DNA of 63,557 nt, filler included, from Octopus bimaculoides (GCF_001194135.2; 4 parts of 3 records of this genome joined end to end with filler, not necessarily neighbours in it); one strand, 5' to 3'; numbered from the whole stretch's first letter, positions 37,028 to 51,135 are shown. The notes: generated by a model from the sequence alone, not told the origin. Made by a program: numbers and translations.

Positions 37028-37785
37028 GTTAGTAAAATCATTTTAACTTCTTCAAATGTATGCATAATAACTTACCTTTTGTCAGCATCTAGCCAAAACC
37101 TTAAGATTTCTCTTGAGGGGAAAATAATAAGTCATTGATCTTCTGACATGATTTCAATATTGTCAGATTTTTTTCTTTTACAGTTTTTAAATAAATTTTT
37201 TGGTGCCTGTATTAGCAAAATAGTGCCCATAAAGTAAGAGTGATACAAGTTTTTGTTTAATCAGATAAACTGAAACAAATATTTTGATACCCTGATCATT
37301 GGAATAATATTGCATTGACACATCAAATTACTTTTTTATGACTGATGCATACAGATATAGCAATATTTGTCAGTCACTTGTTTGTGCACTAATCTTTCAA
37401 AGATCAGTGTATCAAAATATTTATAATAACAGATATCTTATCTTTATTTTGACTAAATTGTCATTACCTTATATAATTCTTCTGTAAACCAAAACCATGC
37501 TGCATCTTAATAAATAATGACTTAATTTTATAAAATGATTTCAATCAAATTTTGAATGTAAATTTTTTAAATTGTTTTTTTACTTTTATTTTATTCTTTT
37601 TTGCCTGCAATACATTTTTATTGATATCATGAATTAAAATTAATCCCTAATTGTAACCTTACTTAAGTAGTAGTTGTATAATAAATTATGTTTTGGAATG
37701 CTGACCATAATTATGTCTCACATAAATTAGTGCACTATATTTTAAAACATTCCTAAATTATATTTATGTCTTTGCATTATACTAG

Positions 37786-37924
37786 AAAACATTTACACAA
37801 AGATTTTGAAAAAGAGCAACGAGAAGGTAGACAAACTCCTGATCAACTTCCGAGTCATCGTTCTGATACCCCAGACAGTAGCGCTAAAGAAGGACTGTCA
37901 AAAATCTCCTTACCACACAACCAG
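37786..37924 (+). CDS. TIAM1: Tiam1/still life-like, coding exon D (linker to RBD start)
   Basis: tttgcattatactag|...CAG|gtaaag, 139 nt, phase 2/0. Open frame (E)KHLHKDFEKEQREGRQTPDQLPSHRSDTPDSSAKEGLSKISLPHNQ. The final LPHNQ resembles the Tiam1 RBD start LPNNQ. Confidence 0.8.
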
Positions 37925-38149
37925 GTAAAGAAAACTTAATGTTAGTTACAAAGGGAATAGTGGATATTGTGCTTTCAACATTTTTCCCTTTATTTTTATC
38001 TCTAATTAACTCTTTTGCATGTTGTAAAATATTTATTCTTTTGAAAGTTTTATTTCCTTTGCATATAAGTTTTGTTTTATTTTGTTTGTTGTTTTTTCTT
38101 TTACTTTAGGGAAAACTGGATTTTACTCATTAAATTACTTTGTCCTGAA

Positions 38150-38950
38150 GATGGAGTGAATTTGAATGGATTGTGAACTAATATTATGTGAAGATTGGTT
38201 GGGTGGAATCTAGGATATAGTAGCATAGTTATAGATTTAAATAATCACAGCTACCTCCTCAAAATCCTCAAGTATTTTATGTCACTTAACTGGTTGGAGA
38301 TTGATTACTCCTTGTCACTCATACAATGAAAGCATTCAATGTCAATTGCTCCAAGTAGTTAACTCACAGCTGTGTTACATTATGCAAAGAATATTATACA
38401 CAACATGCTGAGGACATAACTCCCTGTCACCAGTCAAATAAATGTTGACAAAACAATCATCACAGAAATTGCCTCACTCATTGCATGGTATAGAAATTCA
38501 CTTATCTTAAAAACCATTCTGAACCTGTTAGTCCCCCATTAGAGTCTCTAATAATTTTTAAAAGTCCTCCTACTTACTACTCCTTGACCAAGATGACTCT
38601 TTAAATAGCACTTATGCAGATAAAACCTTCCAATTTTATTTCCATGTTCTAGATTCAGGCAAAATCTCTCTAGAATTTTCTTTCTTCATTGCACCTGTCT
38701 CACATTCACATACATTTGTTAAGTATCATCCAGCAAAGTAACCAGTTCTGCCTCAAGAGTTAGCATCTATCTTCACATGAAAGTCTTAAATCTTTCTATC
38801 TCTATCTCAGCCCATTGAAACATGTGATAATATATCTAATTCCCTTCTTATCCAAGCAGTTACCATCCTCTCACTTACACCATCAACATTTTCTTGACTT
38901 TATTTCCTTTTTGAGTGACCGTCAATAAATTATAGTTCATCAGATCTCCT
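38150..38950 (-). mobile_element. Highly decayed LINE AP-endonuclease-region fragment
   Basis: The minus strand shows remnants resembling K...ENVDGVSERMV and a G-DFN-HV-like segment, with many stops. Boundaries are approximate. Confidence 0.35.
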
Positions 38951-40790
38951 TGAAACTTGCTCCTCTATATCTTATATTTATTAGTGGTATCTTTCCCTTG
39001 AGAACTTTGGCAGAATCAGTGTTATTATCCTTGGTGTCAGTGAAGTTTTCAAAGTGACCTGTAATAAAAATGTCCTTGTAAATTTGTCCGTCATGGGGTT
39101 CCATTCATCACATATCTTATAGATTTAGGTCCTTCTTTTCAGATCACTAATGCATTATGTGCAGACAGGGTGCTCTTCTTTCCTACTCTCTGTCAGTTTG
39201 CTTTATTATACATTAATAACCTATTAACTGTTACATCTAACTAGGCATAGTTTTATACACATTTACTATTCTTTAATTCTCTTCAACTCTGCACACAAGG
39301 AACCACCTATACACAACCCAGGAACCATACCAGATTTGCATTGCTTTCATGAACAAAGACATGGAAAAATATCCCCATTATTTATATTTGAATACTTCTT
39401 ACATATTTAGGCTAGTCCTGCTGCTACACATTCAAGTATCACAGACTGCTTTCAGAATGGTCACTCAATTGGATGGCAAAATTTCAATATGTTATGACTA
39501 TCGTTTCTTTTCTTTGATTCTGTTAACTATACATCTGCTTCTCCAGGCAAGCAATATGTCACCTCTGCTGAGCTCTCTCAAAATGCTTGCCACACCTTTT
39601 CTTACAGTCCCCAATCTCATCTTAGGAACTCTGTACTAAACACCCTTTCAAAGTTTCCTCCTTAGAACGGATCCCTTTGGAATTTTATCCTTACTCATCA
39701 TTTCCTACAGACATCAAACTATGTATTAAGTGCATCAAATTTATTTGTGTAGCCTGTACATGACCTTAAACAGTCAGTGTAATGGCCATCTAAAAATACA
39801 GAACAAGAAAATAGTTCTATAATTACTCCCATAAAGGATTTCACTTGTTAAGCTAACAATTCTCAAAGTGATTTTCCTACTTTTCATTCATCTTCAAAGC
39901 CAGCAATCAAAACTCTCCCAGTAAATTTAGGAAAAAATTCACTTCAGTCCTTAAACAGTTCCTTCTAAAATTTCCTTTACAGGTGACAGATAGAGCAAAC
40001 TGGAAGAAAAAATGGTACAGCTTCCATCCCAAAAGGCTGATGTCACACAGTGTCAGTAACTATTCCAATATTTTAGACTTATTATCAGGCCAAATATTGC
40101 TTTTACTAACAATATTTCTTTAGATATATTTTATAATATTAGTATGTAAGATATAAACATTTCATCAAAATACATGCATATATATGCATGTGTCTCTCTA
40201 TTAATATTTAGATTTGAACAGAAAGAAACCTGTCAATTGTTGAATAACGATAAATTTAAACATCATTAGCACTAATATTTTTATCCTGTTATTTGCACAA
40301 ACATTAGATAAAAATACTTTTTAATGTTCTAAATCTCCAAAAAGATTTTCTCAAGATATTCAGTTTAACGATGGCTATTCTAAAATTGAACTAAAAATAC
40401 ATGATCACATCTGAAGCACTATTGCATACATAAAAAGAATATAAAAGGGGATACCAGCTGACAAATGAACCTCTCTACATGACTCTACCAATTAGAAATA
40501 GTGATCAAATCTCCCTCAAGCCACACTTTGCCATCTAAAAGAAGCAATGAAAATTTTAGATAAATTTTCTGCTTATGATAAAAAAAAAAAACAGAATTGA
40601 CATGGCTGGAGTGCCTTTGATTATAATTTCGTTTGATAAAGGTTAATTTGGGAATAATCAACAACTATAATCAACGCTACTATATCAATTCCAAATTCTC
40701 ATATGCCTGTAAAGCATACTGGCATCTTAATATTCAGATAACATCACTGTCATATTTTCCCATCATTCCACATATATAGGCACAGCACTT

Positions 40791-40985
40791 CCTGACTGGC
40801 CTTTGTGCCGGTTGCACATAAAAGCACCCACTACACTCTTGGAGTGGTTGGCGTTAGGCAGGACATCCAGCTGTAGAAACTCTGCCAAATCAGATTGGAG
40901 CCTGCTGTAGCCATCTGGTTCACCAGTCTTCAGTCAAATCGTCCAACCCATGCTAGCATGGAAAGCGGACGTTAAACGATGATGA
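40791..40985 (+). mobile_element. 3' tail of the RTE-like LINE family
   Basis: GCCGGTTGCACATAAAAGCACCCACTACACTC...CCAACCCATGCTAGCATGGAAAGCGGACGTTAAACGATGATGA. Confidence 0.8.
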
Positions 40986-40986
40986 A

Positions 40987-41378
40987 GTGTGGCTGTGTGA
41001 TAATAAGCTTGCTTCCCAACCACATGGTCCCAGGTTCAGTCCCACTGCTTGGCACCTTGGGCAAGTGTCTTCTACTATAGCCTCAGGCTGACCAAAGCCT
41101 TGTGAGTAGATTTGGTAGACAGACTGAAAGAAGCCCGTTGTATTATATGTATGTGTATATGCATATGTTTGTGTGTCTGTGTTTGTCCCCCAACCTTCAC
41201 TTGACAATCGATGTTAGTGTGTGTATGTCCCCGTAACTTAGCAGTTCAGCAAAAGAGATCAATAGAATAAGTACGAGGCTTAGAAAGAATGAGTCCTGGG
41301 GTCGATTTCTTCAACTAAAGGTGGTGCTCCAGCATGGCCACAGTCAAATAACTGGAACAAATAAAAGAATAAAAGAAT
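40987..41378 (+). mobile_element. Full-length SINE family B, directly after the LINE tail
   Basis: tRNA-like head with GGTTCAGTCCC, a central (TA/TG)n, and the tail GGTGGTGCTCCAGCATGGCCACAGTC...(AATAAAAG)n. Confidence 0.85.
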
Positions 41379-42479
41379 AGCTGCACCATTACTTCAACCA
41401 ACATTCTCACCAAAAAAAAAATAGTGATAGTTATGACTGGAATGCTTTTGACCAATCTCAGAGCTAAACAAGAGTGACAACACAATAGGAAATATAAATG
41501 TGAAAGCTAGTAGGGCTCAAATTCATGTCTTCTTTTGAGCGGTGGATTTTCTTGGAACACTGGGTGTTAATTACATGTTTTAATAGAGAAACAGGTTCAT
41601 ATCATTCTGAATTCTTACAGTTTTATCTCCTTTTATATTCTCTTTATGTTTGCACTAAAGATTTATTTAAATGTAAACTTATATTCTCAGTATACTTGAC
41701 ATCATTCAAATAAGATTTCCTTTAAAGAATAGTTTTATGAATATGTAAATTAAGCGTTTACATTTCTCTAATTCCAGTGATACAATGATATCTGACAGTT
41801 ATGACACTAAAATTCATCATAGCATTAATAAGCGTTTTTACTAGCAATTTACTCCATTTGTGGATCCCATTGAATTATTATGTAAACAATATAATTCAGT
41901 GAAAAGAAATTCAAAGAAGCTAAATCCTGCACCATATTACATTTAAATATCAATGAACAATGGCTAAATACTGCACTAGATGGCAAATAGTTTCAAATAA
42001 CTAAATTTGGATATTTTTGCATGATCATGGATAGTGACTTTTTTTAACCTACTTCTTTAAACATTATGTTATTGGTTCTGTCTTGGTAAACTTCTACATT
42101 TGGATAACATATTTACATAAACTAATTGGTAACCCAACAATGATCTCACTTTCTCTAAGGGCAATCCCAATCTTCAGTAAAATATGTACATTGTGTATAT
42201 TATATATGCCTTTAGGACAATCAGGTCAGTGAGATTAAGTTGTAGTAGTGGTAGTGGTGATGGTGATGGTGGTATGGTTATGGTGATGGTGGTATGGTTA
42301 TGGTAGTGGTGGTGGTGTGACTAAGGGATATAGAAACATTTTGATTAATTTATTTTGCCTTTTTTTAACTTTATTTACACAGAACATTTCTTCTGCTTGC
42401 CAACTGTTTTATTAGCATTATTTTTGATATTCCATTCAGCTTTTCAATACAATATATGGATGTGCATATTTGTGTGTGT

Positions 42480-42525
<46 letters not shown>

Positions 42526-44449
42526 ACGCGCACACACATACCTGTCTTCAAAATTTACTAAATTATTCTATTGAATACTTTTACATCTGATTTTTAATTG
42601 TTGTTGTTGTCATTAACTTTGATAATGTATATTTAAATGAATACTTAATAATACTCTTAATCCACAGCAACTTAAAATGTGAAGTTTCATATTCTTTTGG
42701 CTTGTTATTAGCAAAATGTGTATTGTTATACTGCAAGAAGGACGATTCCTTAAAACAGATGGAACAAGAAATAATTGGGTCTTATGTGATCTTTAGAATT
42801 GCCAATGAACAATTTAAAAAAAATAAAATTAATAAAAAGATCTTGTTTTTTTATGATTTTTATAAAATCACTTATATTTTTCCTTAAAATTGCTTTAAAA
42901 CCTTAATGAATGTCACTTGTCCAGTTTACTTTTGATTGGCATAATGAGTTTCCTTGAGGTTAAATATTTCAAAACTATATTTTGGTAAAAGAAATGTTCT
43001 CATTTCATAGCAAAGCCCAGTAGTGTAAATATGTAAGTGAAATAATTACTTGTTTGAATTAACAAAGCAATTTAATGTATTATAGAGCAAGGAGCTGCGT
43101 ATTTCACAGAGACATGTACCCATAGCATAATCGCCAGAGATAATAATAAATATATTATAATAGCTGATTTGTTTATGCCTGCTTGTAAGCATATAAAATA
43201 GAGTTGCTGAAGAAATGATGGAAGGTTACAGATTACTTAAAATATTTTAAGCAGTCAACTCTAAGTGAAGTTCGAAATAATTCTGAAATTATAATTATTA
43301 AGAGATGTTAAAGTTTAGATATTTCTTTAAAAAGCAGTCAGCATTTCTATTGATAAAGTTCCCCAAAAGTAGCAAGAAGTTTCACAGAAATATGTCTTTG
43401 AAAGAATGAAAGTAAACTAATTTCTCATTTTGTCTATTGTTTGTTGTTTAATTTCTATGGATATTGCTATTAAAATGCATGCTACTCTAAAAGGTTTGAT
43501 TTCATGGTGACTTTTCCCATTTAGTTGATATTAAAATAACCATTATTATCTTGATTTTTGTCAATTTAGTAGTAGCATTAGTAAGAATTAATGAATAATC
43601 CAAGTGTAACTTAAAAAAGAAACAACCTATTAAGTTGCTATTAATTAGAAATTTATTACAAATCAATTAAATCAAGCAGTTTTGGGTTTATTCTCTAGCC
43701 ATTTGTTGAAAGGAAGCTGTCAATTAAACATGAAATCACAAAAGTTTATTAGAAAGAGAGAAATGCACAAATATATAAATTTATATGATTGTCTTATAAA
43801 TTCCACAAATGTTCCCTACTAGGTATTACTATTGGCATATTACTTAAATTAATTACTATTTTCATTAGCAGTGTTATTTCACTTCAAAATATATAATGAC
43901 ACCAGGAGTTCAAATCCTGCTGAGAAAACTTTGCTTTTCATCGTTTTAAAGGTGGTAAACAAAGTACAGCCCTGTATTGGAGCTGATTCCTCCCTTTCCC
44001 TCATTATGAAGGAAATTGGTTATGATCAGGCCTGGAAAGAGATGGGCTCTGTCTAAAATGACCCCTGATAGCATGCCATAAGTCATGATAGCATCCCGCC
44101 AAACTCATCATGGAGTTAAGGGTTTAAAGCAAACCACTCCTCTAGTAATATAAAGGAAGTTAGGATCCTGATATAAGTTTCAATTTTGAAAAGAAAAACA
44201 TTGAAATAAATTAGATTTTAAATATTTTCATTTAATGCCTTAAATATCATGAAATACTATGTCCAGAAAACCTGGAAAAGTACATCAAAATACTTTTTTT
44301 TTTTTAGTACTGCAAAAATAATTTTTTCAACCTAAGAGTTACTAACCTATTTATGATAAACAGTTTTCTTCAAATGTATTTGGAAAAATACCGATGATAT
44401 GCTTTTCAAAAAAATTATAAAATTTGTATTGATATCAATATTAAATACA

Positions 44450-44600
44450 TCCTATGTTCTGAGTTCAAATTCCACCAAGGTCAACTTTGCCTTTCATCCT
44501 TTCAGGGTTGATAAATTAAGTACCAGTTGTGTACTGGAGTCGATCTAATCGACTGACCCCTTCCCCAAAATTTCAGGCCTTGTGCCTAGAGTAGAAAAGA
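44450..44600 (+). mobile_element. SINE family A copy
   Basis: TTCTGAGTTCAAATTCCACCAAGGTCAACTTTGCCTTTCATCCTTTCAGGGTTGATAAATTAAGTACCAG...AGGCCTTGTGCC. Confidence 0.8.
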
Positions 44601-45799
44601 ATATTAAATACATCAATGTCCATCTTACTGTGCAAAAGATCAAGTTCCAGTATAGAGTTTACAAACCATATCTATTTGCTATAAGGTTTCTCTGACTAAG
44701 TAGAATAAAGAATGTAATAGATAATGCGCACTACAACTATTTTGTAAACCATTTCAAGTTTCTAACTTGAAACTAATTACAATTTTAATGTTATTGTCGA
44801 TCATATCAGACACTAGATATTAGATTAGCTAATCAAATTTATTTAATACTGTGACTGTATCAGTTAATATTAAATTAACAGATCAAATTAAATTTAATAA
44901 AAATCATCTTATGAAGTATTTTACCTCACTGAAATTCTGCTTACAATAAAAGTAAAAAAAATATTTATGTAATGTTTTTTAATTCACCACAATATATACC
45001 ATCTGTAATAATTATTCTCATAATATATGTTAAAATTTTCTAATTAATTTGACTACCTTACACCATTTCATCTTTGGTCAAATATTTTATGTTGTTCTCA
45101 AGAATTACATGGCAACAAAAATTGTATTTTCATTAATTGCATTACTACTGAATATTTAAATATCAGCACAATCTCTATATGCATTGAAATTCACGTTGTA
45201 TTGGGCCCCAGAGTACAAATGCTGTATCATCTAAAACATTATATACAAACACTTTGGGGGCAGAGGTGGGGGAAGTGTTTGTTTAACCAAAAAATACTGG
45301 ATATAGACATAACTAGGTGTTTTAAAAGTTTCCTTCAAAACACATTATTCCAAGTCCAATTTCAGAGTTGCACTATGTGAATGAAATTAGATAGAAGCCC
45401 ATTGCATGTGCACATGTGTGTGTGTGTGTGTGTACAGAGGGAGGTATGGCTGTAGAAATGTTTACTTCCCAACAACAGTCATACAAAATTATTATAAATT
45501 ACATCCTGACCCTGTGATGTGTGTGTGTAATGATCACTTCGTTCTCACTGTCCCAGCCAACATAGCTGTAAGTGATATAATTGACAGAAATTAGCAGTTT
45601 CATAAAGTTAAATTGAGTGTTTGATTGCAATTCTTAATTCAATTCAACTTGTGAGTACACTTGGAGAAATATGGGCTCCCACTAAACAATTTTTGCCTAG
45701 TAGAGTTTCCAATAAGGCAGTAAGTTAATAGTAATTGTGCTTTTAAATAAGTCCATAAAAGAAATAATTTTTGTTGGCAATATCTAAGAGATATTTAAG

Positions 45800-46010
45800 A
45801 TGGAAGGCAGGTAGAATCGTTAGCACACTGGGTGAAATGATTAGTAGCATTTCATCCGTATTTCATTATCAGTTCAAATTCTGCCAAGGTTAACTTTGTT
45901 TTTCATCCTTTCAGGGTTGGTAAAATATGTATTAGTTGAACACTGGGGTCAATGTAATCAACTTACCTCCCCAAAAATCTTGGTAGTCTTGTGCCAAAAT
46001 TTGAAACCAG
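45800..46010 (+). mobile_element. SINE family A copy (decayed)
   Basis: GGCAGGTAGAATCGTTAGCAC head and TTTCATCCTTTCAGGGTTGG core. Confidence 0.7.
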
Positions 46011-46915
46011 TATCTAAAAGATATTTGATTTTTAATTACAACTAAACATATATTCACTTCTACAGGTGGTAGTTCCATTTTGTTTTGTGTTCTGATGATT
46101 TAGACTTCTAAAAAAAAAGGTTGTTTTTTTTTTTTAACTTGAAAAGATATTTGGTAACAATTAAAAATTACTAATATTTGTAATATTGTATTGAAGAAAA
46201 TGCATTGGAAAAATTATGTTCTAAATATATTGTAAAGCTAAAATCTAGTGTTATTACAAAATTAAATACCAATCAAGCCAAATTATGAAACTTCAAGTTA
46301 TCAAATATCTTTTCATCTGCAATCCAATTTACTTTGGTGACATCATAAAATGTATTTTTCTGTAATTGCTCTTTTATTATATTATCTGAAGGAAATACAG
46401 ATCAAAAAATTTTCAAGTAATCATTTTATATTTTAAATAGCACTTTGATTACTTTGTTGCTGCAGTATCTAATAAATCTGTGAAATCATCCTCATTTCAT
46501 TTTAAAGCGAACCATGTAAAATAAATGTTAATTTCCTTTAATAATGTAGTATAATGTTTCAGGTCATGTCTAAAGAAGAAATTGTCCTCAAAGCCTGCTC
46601 CTAAGCAATTACCTGTCTTATATTATTCCTTTTTATATGTCAATTCTGTCACTTCCTATCCCCTTTGTAATTTCCAGTTGTTGACTCCTTCCTATTTCTA
46701 TAGTTTTCCCACACTACTTTTCTCATTCCCTTATTTTTATTGTTAAAATCATGTTATTGCTTACAATAGCTGGATTGCATTTATATATAGAAGTGCAATC
46801 TTTTCCCTCTTGTTCTAAATAATTTTTTCACCCACTATTTAAAGAGATACAATAATCGTGTGCACATGTGCACACATACACATACAGATACATATACTCA
46901 GGCACACATACACAG

Positions 46916-46962
<47 letters not shown>

Positions 46963-47055
46963 CACACAAACACATAACTTCTGTAATATACCTCTGCAAT
47001 ATTGTTATATGCTCATGCTATAAAATTGAGAAGGTAACATCTTTTTCCTGCTTTG

Positions 47056-47118
47056 ATGCAGCAGCATGCTGGGTATTTCTCACCTAGAGCAAAGGGAAAA
47101 CACTGCACACATAACCAG
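47056..47118 (+). CDS. Candidate alternative first (or 57/54-nt cassette) exon of the Tiam1-like gene
   Basis: ATG at 47056 and an open frame MQQHAGYFSPRAKGKHCTHNQ ending at a strong phase-0 donor CAG|GTAAGC. A pyrimidine tract plus CAG/CAG acceptors at 47061 and 47064 is also in frame. No homology support. Confidence 0.35.
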
Positions 47119-48625
47119 GTAAGCTGTGAACATAACCTCCTGCTTGCCAGACCCAATATTGTACCCTATTAGCACTTGCTCACCTTGGTATTGGGGTAAA
47201 AATTTCACTGACCACTATACATATATATATATATGCTTGGCATTATCATGAGATATTTTCCAAAAAATAAGCAAATTTACAAAGTAAGTTGGCATGATAA
47301 TTATCATGAATTATACTTCATTAAAAAATAACTTCAATTCCATTAACTATTAATAAATTTTTTAAATCTTCAAATTTTTCTACATATTACTTTTAAATAA
47401 AGTTTTCTAGCTAATTACAATGAAATTTCTGAACTGTATAAATATAAAATATAATAGTTTGATCTAAGCCTAAAGGCTGAGAGAAAGCAAATTATGATTG
47501 ATTGCCTCTATGATATTCCAAGCAAGATGAATTTTGGTGATGGTTGGATATGTGTAGTGGGAGAAAAATTATTTGTATATTGTCCATCTATTGTTGTACT
47601 AGTAAAATGTCTTTAACCATGGATGAAAGAATTTGTCTTAACCTCTGTTGTGGTTCCATACTGTTTAATATTTGAATGACTAATATTTGCAACAAGTTTG
47701 TGAAGTTGGTTGTTGTTTGAAAACACAACTGTGCATCTGAATGTAATTGTAAATAACCAGCACTTATGTATCCAACAGAAACAGTTTAGATGGAGTTTCT
47801 CCGACAATAATTATTCCATATACACATTTGTTTGTGGCATGTGTATATGTTTCAAAACATACTTATTTCACTTTTAGTCCAATTTCTACACACATCATCT
47901 GTTATAATAATGTGATATTTTATTAATGTGTAAACTATTATACATAAACATAAGTGAGTGTGTGTGTAGATAACACACACACACACTCTAACACATGTGT
48001 GTGTGTGTTTCTATTGGTTTCACAAGATTTTAATATGGAACTAGGGCTTCAAATAAATAATGTTGTACTTCAGGATGACATTCTGCCAATAAAAACACAT
48101 GCACTGGTTGTAGTACACTTCTATTTTATCCTCAATTTACTAATTAGTTGATTAATTAAATATTTAGTTTATTTTTCAGAATTATTTCCACACATTTGTA
48201 AACTTATCAGTATCCCTTATTTGCACTTGCTCCATATCAGTATTGTACAATGTAACATTTATCTGTACCTAGCATTTATGCATTTGGGTATGTATATACT
48301 CCGTGTTTGTACAATTATAATTGGGGTGCTTGAGTTGTGTGCACTTGTGTCAATGGATGTACGTGTGTGTATGAGAGCAAGGTTTTGTTGACATGAAATG
48401 TTTTGGTATTTCTTTTCATAATATGGACACACAAACATACACAGACACTTACTTATATTTGCTTCTATACATATTCTTTTATTGATGACAACACTGTTGC
48501 ATTCCTGTTCTAAACATTTGCAGGTTATGGCTTTCTTTTCTCATAAGTTCATCTGTTTGTGTGTTTGTAAAAAATGTCTTTAGTGCATATATATGTGTGT
48601 CTCTATATGCATATATATACATTGG

Positions 48626-48677
<52 letters not shown>

Positions 48678-48780
48678 TACATATATGTATGCATATATAT
48701 GTATGTATGTATGAATGTATATATATGTATGCATATATATGTATGTATGCATAGGTATGTATGTATGAATATATATATGC

Positions 48781-48884
<104 letters not shown>

Positions 48885-49176
48885 GTATGCATGATGATAT
48901 ATATATATATGGTTGGTATTATGTTAAACTGCTGTATGTCTAAATTTGTCCAAATCCATTTTTTAAAATATTTATTTTTGCTTGCAATAGCCGGTTCATT
49001 TGGTCAAACTATCATATCTCCAGCTACTACACAGACCAAGATATCAAAAATTGTCAAAGTGTAGTACAAGTGTAGTTTTGCTATGGAATGTTGAAACTAT
49101 TTTTATGTTTTCAGAAAGAACAATGTTTTAGACTTACATTTTTACATAATAGCAACGATATATATATACATGTATG

Positions 49177-49216
<40 letters not shown>

Positions 49217-49689
49217 TATATATATATATGCATGTATATATATATATTTGCTTGAAGAGATGAATGCATGAACATGATCTACCCAATGTCTATGAATACT
49301 ACAAACTGCACTGTAATCATGCCAGAAATACAGACTATGGTCTTAAGAAACATGTGACTTGTGGAAATACTGGCTGATGTCTGTCGATTTTATATCCTCT
49401 CCGTTTTCTTATTTGCCATATAAATCATGAGTAAATTACTGTTTTACCCTTGCCCAAATATAATACTCAATTGCGAGATTGCCATGCAATAACTAACACT
49501 TGACTATGAATAATTGGGTACACTACCAGCAGTATATTGGATAGGTACTATCCCTTAGTTGGTTTCTCAACCTCTAACTCACACAGAAATATACATATAT
49601 GCTGGGTATTAATGCATATATCCAAAAAGAAGCTCACTCAAAAACATTAGAGCAGTAATATCAAGACGATTGCTTGTTATGGCCAGAGG

Positions 49690-49720
<31 letters not shown>

Positions 49721-49855
49721 GAAGAACTTCTTTCAATTTCCATCTACCAAATCCTCTCACAAGGGCTATAGCAGAAGACACTGCTCCAGGGTCTCATGAA
49801 ATAAGACTGAACCTGAAATTATGTAGCTGTGCAGCAACCGTCTTAACCACACACC
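49690..49855 (-). mobile_element. SINE family B 5' fragment (decayed)
   Basis: Reverse complement of GTGGTTAAGAC...GGTTCAGTC...TCTTCTGCTATAGCCC...TTTGGTAGATGGAAATTGAAAGAAG. Confidence 0.6.
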
Positions 49856-49867
49856 CACATGAACTTT

Positions 49868-49917
<50 letters not shown>

Positions 49918-50314
49918 CGCGCATTATATATGTATATTTATGCACATATATGTATGTGTATAAACGTGTGTGTGTGTATTCATGTTATAAATACACACTC
50001 ATACAGAAACATATAGAAACACAGACGTACACAAACGCCAATTACAGTGTATGAAACTAGTGTAGAGCAAGTGCAAATAGAAAGATATAATAAGGGCATA
50101 AAACTGTGAGGCAAGTCAGTCAACTACAAATTGATTACTTAATAAATTAATCAGTTAGTTAATTGATCATAAAATAGAACACAGTTATCTGTGCACCTGA
50201 TTTATTGGCAAAGTGCCCATCCTAACATACACCATATATATGCATAATATGCATATAAATGTACATATGTAGATGTTTGTGTTTGTTACATATATATATC
50301 ATATATATATATAC

Positions 50315-50361
<47 letters not shown>

Positions 50362-50809
50362 TCCACATTGAGAATTAATCCATACATATCAAAAAGTAGT
50401 TCTACACACATTTTTTATAATTAATAGCTTAATTTTAAGTGAGAACTCGATTTATAGTTAAGGTTAATTAAGTGCTCGATTAATAACAGGTTGTAAAAGT
50501 CCATGTTAGTACAGTACAATAAATCCAAGAGGGGTTGACTTGCATGTGTATACATAATTGTGAAAATGAAGCGGAAAAGAACCACATATTTAGCAGAAAA
50601 GCATAAATTTCATATGAAGTTCATACTTTAATTGTGATGATTTGGGTAAACACAGTTTCTAAATTACTTTAAATAAAATTAATCAAAATTATGTATCACA
50701 ACTATGCAATTATAGCTTTGCTAGTGTTTATCTTAATGAAACAGCAGTAGAGCAGAAATGAAATATAAACTATAGATAAAATTTATGTTTTCCAGCTTTA
50801 TGCTAGGCA

Positions 50810-51135
50810 CATTTGTGTGGTAAGAACTTTGCTTCTCAACCACATGATTTCAGGTTCAGTCTTCTGCTATAGCCTCAGGCCAACCTTGTGAGTGGATTTG
50901 GTAGACAGAAACTGAAAGAAGCCTATTGTATATTGTGCATGTATACTTTTTGTTTGTGTTTGTTCCCAACCACTGCTTGACAACTGGTGTTGGTTTGTTG
51001 CATCCCTGTAACTTAGCATTATAGACTGATAGAATAAGTACAAGGCTTTAGAAAAATAATTACTGGGGTCATTTTGTTCGACTAAAATTCTCAAATGGTT
51101 GCAGTCTAATGACTGACAGAAATAAAAGATAAAAG
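50810..51135 (+). mobile_element. SINE family B copy with internal deletions
   Basis: TGTGGTAAGAACTTTGCTTCTCAACCACATG...GGTTCAGTC...CTTGTGAGTGGATTTGGTAGACAGAAACTGAAAGAAGCC...TAGAATAAGTAC. Confidence 0.75.

Noticed and set aside
39983-40060. Strong acceptor (tttcctttacag) followed by an open frame VTDRANWKKKWYSFHPKRLMSH
   Set aside because: No resemblance to the expected RBD and no convincing donor. RNA-seq would be needed to rescue it.
46563-46604. Acceptor followed by VMSKEEIVLKACS, faintly RBD-like
   Set aside because: In-frame TAA after 13 codons and no GT donor before it.
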